Source of the DNA: Candidatus Gottesmanbacteria bacterium | GTDB lineage: Bacteria > Patescibacteriota > Microgenomatia > UBA10105 > UBA927 | Direction of reading: 5' to 3' | Length of the DNA stretch: 64,000 bases | NCBI GenBank assembly: GCA_023245355.1 | Contig: JAHFKN010000001.1 | Coordinates: forward strand, 139,528-203,527 | Shown: one piece after another, positions 60,257-64,000 of the stretch | Layout of the letters: each line of letters begins with the position of its first letter | Numbering within the stretch: position 1 is the stretch's first letter | Program-made: the position numbers and the translations under genes | The notes under the pieces: model-generated | The model's database searches: none | What the model was told of the DNA's origin: nothing | The model's input: the letters and a program-made list of their open reading frames with translations, nothing else

Positions 60257-60699
60257 AGATCCCCCTTTTGAGTTGTTCCAAACCCCAATTTCAAAAAATT
60301 TTTAGTAACGAGGAAATAGTCAGCTGCAGTTGCAAGAGGGAGCTGATTTGTTTTAGTCAGTAATTCGCGGGGCATTAACAACTCTGTGGCAAAACACTCC
60401 GCTTCATACTCCTGTTTAAAATTAACAAATTGATCACAACTTTCGAAATAGAGTTGATTCCCTGTATGGAGAAAGTGATGACCTAAGGCGTGGGCAATGA
60501 GCTCGCGCCTTTTTCGTTTATCGGTGTGTGAGCGAATGCCAATACTATCACCTAAATAGACTTCCTTTACGCGGCCACCAAATGACCACTCGTCCAAGGT
60601 TAGCCCTTCGGCGGTAACAATTTTATGTAAATCTATTGGGGCAGTAGATAGATCGTACTTGCGTAAAATCTGTCTAGCCCTTCTTTGGGCCTTTATCAT
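60247..60699 (-). CDS. ImmA/IrrE-family (COG2856) metallopeptidase-like protein, HExxH Glu replaced (HALGH)
   Basis: ELIAHALGHHFLH...EAECFATELLMP matches the ImmA pattern (F.IAHELGH..LH...E.EA..FA..LLMP), with Ala at the catalytic Glu position. Confidence 0.65.
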   Translation of the reverse strand: MIKAQRRARQILRKYDLSTAPIDLHKIVTAEGLTLDEWSFGGRVKEVYLGDSIGIRSHTDKRKRRELIAHALGHHFLHTGNQLYFESCDQFVNFKQEYEAECFATELLMPRELLTKTNQLPLATAADYFLVTKNFLKLGFGTTQKGDLCH

Positions 60700-61141
60700 A
60701 TTTTTGTCGGCGTCGGGTTTTTACATACCCGATATAGTCCATGACCGACTCCTTCTCGCTATTGGTCATGTCCTGAACTTCTTTAAGCATTAGCGTAAAT
60801 GAGGCATCCTGCTTGAGCTTGTCGCTGGTCTTATCCAAATACCCAGCTTTATTTAAAAGAGTCTCGTTGGGAATTTGATAAACAAATGCCAATGCCTTCA
60901 GCTTAAGCGGTGAAGGATGTTGATATTTTCCTAACTCAAGGTTGGATAGATATCCGCGCGAAACAGCAGACTGGGGATCCAATTTACCACTTTTAATTGC
61001 TGCCTTGGTTGACTCCACTACCGAACGGAGAGTGAAATCTTTTGCTTCTCGAAGTTTGCACAAATACTCACCAACCGTAGCAAAATCGTCGGGTCCTTTT
61101 AATGTGGTTTCTTTGTTTGTTTTTGTCTTCATATAGGTCAA
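60674..61141 (-). CDS. XRE-family HTH regulator (ImmR-like)
   Basis: HTH VGEYLCKLREAKDFTLRSVVEST...RGYLSNLELGK. Overlaps the ImmA-like gene start. Confidence 0.7.
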   Translation of the reverse strand: MTYMKTKTNKETTLKGPDDFATVGEYLCKLREAKDFTLRSVVESTKAAIKSGKLDPQSAVSRGYLSNLELGKYQHPSPLKLKALAFVYQIPNETLLNKAGYLDKTSDKLKQDASFTLMLKEVQDMTNSEKESVMDYIGYVKTRRRQKYDKGPKKG

Positions 61142-61286
61142 TAAACTCGCTGATTTTTATTGTAACAGAAAAAGTAAGTAATTACTTATTATTCATATTA
61201 TAATGATAGTTGTCTACATAAATGGACACAAACAATCATAAAGTTTATTGAAGTAAATTGCAAGAATTTGTACCTTTGTATATAAC

Positions 61287-61556
61287 ATGACAAAAACGAA
61301 ATCTAAAAAAACAATATTCATCAATAAGGACAAGAGAGTTAACAATGAGCTGTTCGATGAAGTCAGACTCACCAAAGGACTATCTCGATTTCAATTGGCT
61401 GTAGAGGTCGAGCTTTCTCCCCAAACAGTTAGACGAGTTTTAGTTTCCGACGAAGACCCACGACCATCAACGGTTAAAAAGGTGGGTGACTTTTTAGGAA
61501 TACCGGCAAAAGAATGGTACTTAAAAAGAGAAAGCAAGGAGGTGAACCATGGATAA
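61287..61556 (+). CDS. Cro-like small HTH protein (divergent from XRE)
   Basis: LSRFQLAVEVELSPQTVRRVL...VKKVGDFLGIP. 89 aa. Confidence 0.5.
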   Translation: MTKTKSKKTIFINKDKRVNNELFDEVRLTKGLSRFQLAVEVELSPQTVRRVLVSDEDPRPSTVKKVGDFLGIPAKEWYLKRESKEVNHG

Positions 61557-61704
61557 AGCAATGAAATCTAGGATCCGTGCAAGGAAGCGAAGATATTACC
61601 TCTACCGCCTAAAGATATTTATGTGGAAATGGTTGGCGATATTACTTGGCATCTGGATTATTTACCAGCTTCTAGGGACATTTTTCCACCGATGCTGGTT
61701 GTGA
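61549..61704 (+). CDS. Small hydrophobic protein (51 aa)
   Basis: Strong RBS AAGGAGGTGAACC-ATG overlapping the Cro-like stop; MDKAMKSRIRARKRRYYLYRLKIFMWKWLAILLGIWIIYQLL. Below the ORF-track threshold. Confidence 0.35.
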   Translation: MDKAMKSRIRARKRRYYLYRLKIFMWKWLAILLGIWIIYQLLGTFFHRCWL

Positions 61705-61762
61705 ATATAACAACAATTAACACAGAAAATGATTATGTCCAGCAAAAAGTTAAATCAAAACA

Positions 61763-62485
61763 ATGATGGCAAGAATCAACTACACCACAATCAATCACGA
61801 GGCTCGAGCCAGGTTGGGTTTAACCATCAATGAATACTGTGTGTACGATTTAATCCACAACTTGGCGAGTAACCCCAAAAACATTCAGATGGGCTGGTGC
61901 TATGCCAAGAAAGAAACGATTGCTGATTACTTAGATCTTGGTCGAGCCACTGTCTTTCGAGCCATTAAAAAAGGCTTGAAAATAAATCTCCTTGAAAAGC
62001 ATCCCGAACAACCGGCGTTCTTAAAAGCCACCAGCGATTGGTATGACTCGGTGATGATTAAAACAGAGTCTCAAAATGAGACGGCTAGTATCAATATGAG
62101 ACGAGAGGCGTCTCAAAGTGAGATAAAACCGCATCTCAAAATGAGACTGAACAAAGATATAGAGAACAATGAAAATGACAACAGAGAAATTGTCAATTTA
62201 AAAAAATCTTCAAAAGGTATTGTTTCGATTGGTCAAGTGATTGCAAACCACCAACACAGCTTACTCGGAGTAGAAAACGAATGGGAAGTGGAGGCCATAC
62301 GACTCTGGCATGAGTTAAGTTTGTCAGGAGATCCGAGCGAGTCGTTCGTAAAACACATCCATCGATATATCAAAAAGAATTTACAGGTAAAGCTTTCCGT
62401 TGCTCTTTCATATTGCAAAGATGCAACCAAAGTTCGTGATAGAGAAAAGTTATTTTATTGGCGCTGTGCTAACGAGCCAGCGTAA
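61763..62485 (+). CDS. Hypothetical protein, possible winged-helix replication/organiser protein
   Basis: N-terminal ARLGLTINEYCVYDLIH..KETIADYLDLGRATVFRAIKKG (wHTH-like); acidic low-complexity middle. 240 aa. Confidence 0.4.
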   Translation: MMARINYTTINHEARARLGLTINEYCVYDLIHNLASNPKNIQMGWCYAKKETIADYLDLGRATVFRAIKKGLKINLLEKHPEQPAFLKATSDWYDSVMIKTESQNETASINMRREASQSEIKPHLKMRLNKDIENNENDNREIVNLKKSSKGIVSIGQVIANHQHSLLGVENEWEVEAIRLWHELSLSGDPSESFVKHIHRYIKKNLQVKLSVALSYCKDATKVRDREKLFYWRCANEPA

Positions 62486-62499
62486 AGGAGGTGATTATT

Positions 62500-62652
62500 A
62501 TGGTAACAACCAAAACCAAATACCATTTTGAAGGCAGTAAAAAAGATACCAAGGGTAATCCTGTGTATATCGTTATTGAGTTAAAGACTGGAAAACTTCT
62601 GGAGTGGGACCAGAAAACTTACGATGCTCATAAAGAAGAAATTGAATATTAA
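62500..62652 (+). CDS. Small hypothetical protein (50 aa)
   Basis: Strong RBS AAGGAGGTGATTATT-ATG; MVTTKTKYHFEGSKKDTKGNPVYIVIELKTGKLLEWDQKTYDAHKEEIEY. Below the track threshold. Confidence 0.35.
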   Translation: MVTTKTKYHFEGSKKDTKGNPVYIVIELKTGKLLEWDQKTYDAHKEEIEY

Positions 62653-62657
62653 AACCT

Positions 62658-62915
62658 ATGACTAGAACACGCAATCAATTACTAGAAAAAATTTATAACT
62701 CGGTCCATGAGGAAAAACTCCGAATGGAAATTGCCATTGAAACGCTGGCTGATGTTGCTGATGACAAGATTATTGAAACTGTCACACATCGGTCCCCTTT
62801 GGGAGCCAGAGAGGAAAACTTAACCAAGAAAGATGTGGTTGCTAAATACACCCAAGATATCGAGAAGCGCAACAAGGTGTTGGTAATTATTGAAAGATTA
62901 TTAAAAGAAAAATGA
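62658..62915 (+). CDS. Hypothetical protein
   Basis: 85-aa ORF; its stop overlaps the next gene's start (ATGA). Confidence 0.4.
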   Translation: MTRTRNQLLEKIYNSVHEEKLRMEIAIETLADVADDKIIETVTHRSPLGAREENLTKKDVVAKYTQDIEKRNKVLVIIERLLKEK

Positions 62916-64000
62916 AAACAATAAAGTATCCAACCATCGCCATAAACCTACTACACTTCGCCGAATACAATCCGCGTAAAGTTACCCGGAGCGTCATCGA
63001 GCAGCTGAAGAATTCATTAACTGAGTTTGGTTGTCCGGTCCCGATTGTTATCAATTCATATAAAGGTCGAGAGAATGTGGTTGTGGGTGGAGAAAAGCGG
63101 ATCCGGGCAGCAACCGAACTCGGATGGACAGAAATTCCTTACAGTCTCGTTTGTATTCCACTACAAAAGGAAAAAGCGCTTAACTTGGCATTAAACAAGA
63201 TTGAGGACCAGTGGGATGATGAAAAACTAGCCCAAGTTATAACTGAACTGACTAAATCAGATTTTGATTTATCTCTGACCGGATTTAACGAAGTGGAAAT
63301 AAGTAATCTCCTCGATACAACAATGCTCTTACCGGAGGATGAGCAGGAGAAGGAATGGGATACCCAAAAAGAGCTTGATGAGATTACCAAGCCAATCTCC
63401 AAATACGGCGAAGTCTACCAGCTGGGTCCACATCGGCTGATGTGTGGAGATGCTACCAAACCTGAAGATATTCAGAAGCTGATGGATGGCAAAGTAGCTG
63501 ACATGATCTTCTCCGATCCACCCTACAACGTGGCTCACAAAAGCATGGAAAAAGCGGGAAAGTTTCACACCAAGGAAGGAATCATCCTAAACGATGATAT
63601 GAGTGATGAGGCCTTTATCAAGTTCACTCAGGGCTTTTTCACCAGCTTTAACAGTGTCCTAAAACCGGGTGGAGCCATTTATGTTTGCACTGGCTATTCT
63701 TCCTACCCATTATTTTATTACCAGATGTTAAATAACAATTTTGTTTTCAGCTCTACCATCGTCTGGGTCAAGCCCTCCTTTGCTATTGGATGGGGTGACT
63801 ACAAAAAACAGTACGAACAAGTGATGAAAGGGAAACGTGGTCCTGGTAAATCAAAAGCAGAACCAATCCTATATGGCTGGAGGCAAGGAGAGAATCATAA
63901 GTTTGAAGGAGACGCTAATGAAAGCGATGTTTGGGAAATGCCAAGGAAAGCTGTCACTGAGATGGTCCATCCAACCGAGAAGCCGGAGTGGCTGATTATG
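62912..64000 (+). CDS. ParB-like nuclease domain fused to N6/N4 DNA methyltransferase (partial, runs off window)
   Basis: Manual translation: ParB/Srx N-domain NPRKV...VINSYKGRENVVVGGEKRIRAATELGW; methyltransferase motif IV SDPPYN and HPTEKPEWL (N6_N4_Mtase). No stop before position 64000. Confidence 0.75.
   Translation, partial: MKTIKYPTIAINLLHFAEYNPRKVTRSVIEQLKNSLTEFGCPVPIVINSYKGRENVVVGGEKRIRAATELGWTEIPYSLVCIPLQKEKALNLALNKIEDQWDDEKLAQVITELTKSDFDLSLTGFNEVEISNLLDTTMLLPEDEQEKEWDTQKELDEITKPISKYGEVYQLGPHRLMCGDATKPEDIQKLMDGKVADMIFSDPPYNVAHKSMEKAGKFHTKEGIILNDDMSDEAFIKFTQGFFTSFNSVLKPGGAIYVCTGYSSYPLFYYQMLNNNFVFSSTIVWVKPSFAIGWGDYKKQYEQVMKGKRGPGKSKAEPILYGWRQGENHKFEGDANESDVWEMPRKAVTEMVHPTEKPEWLIM

Larger units (their letters stand above)
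57504..64000 (-). mobile_element. Integrative element at tRNA-Gly (extends beyond window): recombinase, XRE-ImmA-DUF3800 module, divergent Cro-like/replication-like genes, ParB-methyltransferase
   Basis: Serine recombinase reading antisense through tRNA-Gly; phage/ICE-like regulatory pair; ParB-MTase fusion. The right end is not in the window. Confidence 0.6.

Overview
This is a compact bacterial chromosomal window, roughly 50% GC, with short or truncated housekeeping proteins and a MurT/GatD pair. That profile fits a small-genome lineage (possibly CPR/Patescibacteria-like); this is inference only.

The core is ordinary housekeeping, mostly on the minus strand:
- enolase (partial), PEP synthase, and a mannose/hexose-phosphate cluster (SIS isomerase, class I PMI-like, methyltransferase, phosphohexomutase)
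- holA-like, NUDIX, rarA, and metK preceded by a SAM-I riboswitch
- dinB, a DEAD-box helicase, csp and obg
- a CTP synthase, the complete F1Fo ATP synthase operon (atpZ-B-E-F-H-A-G-D-C), dnaE and gatCAB
- murT/gatD, htpX, lemA and polX
- a P-type ATPase, nth, mscL and rplS
- four tRNAs: Glu-UUC, Lys-UUU, Asp-GUC and Gly-CCC

Two regions are clearly accessory. Each is a small integrative element sitting next to a tRNA gene, with a large serine recombinase whose 3' end is read antisense through the tRNA.

- Island 1 (about 18.55-23.28 kb, at tRNA-Glu) has a plus-strand operon: small protein, XRE HTH regulator, a retron-type reverse transcriptase with a non-canonical catalytic box, a phiX174-like HUH rolling-circle Rep, and the serine recombinase. 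Upstream are GTGCA/TGCAC operator-like palindromes and helically phased TTGCTAT iteron-like repeats.
- Island 2 (about 57.5 kb to the window end, at tRNA-Gly) has a tightly overlapped XRE - ImmA-like peptidase - DUF3800 operon next to a small protein and the serine recombinase; the ImmA-like peptidase has HALGH in place of HELGH. Divergently transcribed are a Cro-like HTH, small ORFs with strong RBSs, a wHTH protein and a ParB-DNA methyltransferase fusion that runs off the window.

The retron RT occupies the position in island 1 that DUF3800, a known retron type VII effector family, occupies in island 2. That parallel is the most notable candidate for an undescribed defence or mobile-element system here. 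No CRISPR array or rRNA was seen.
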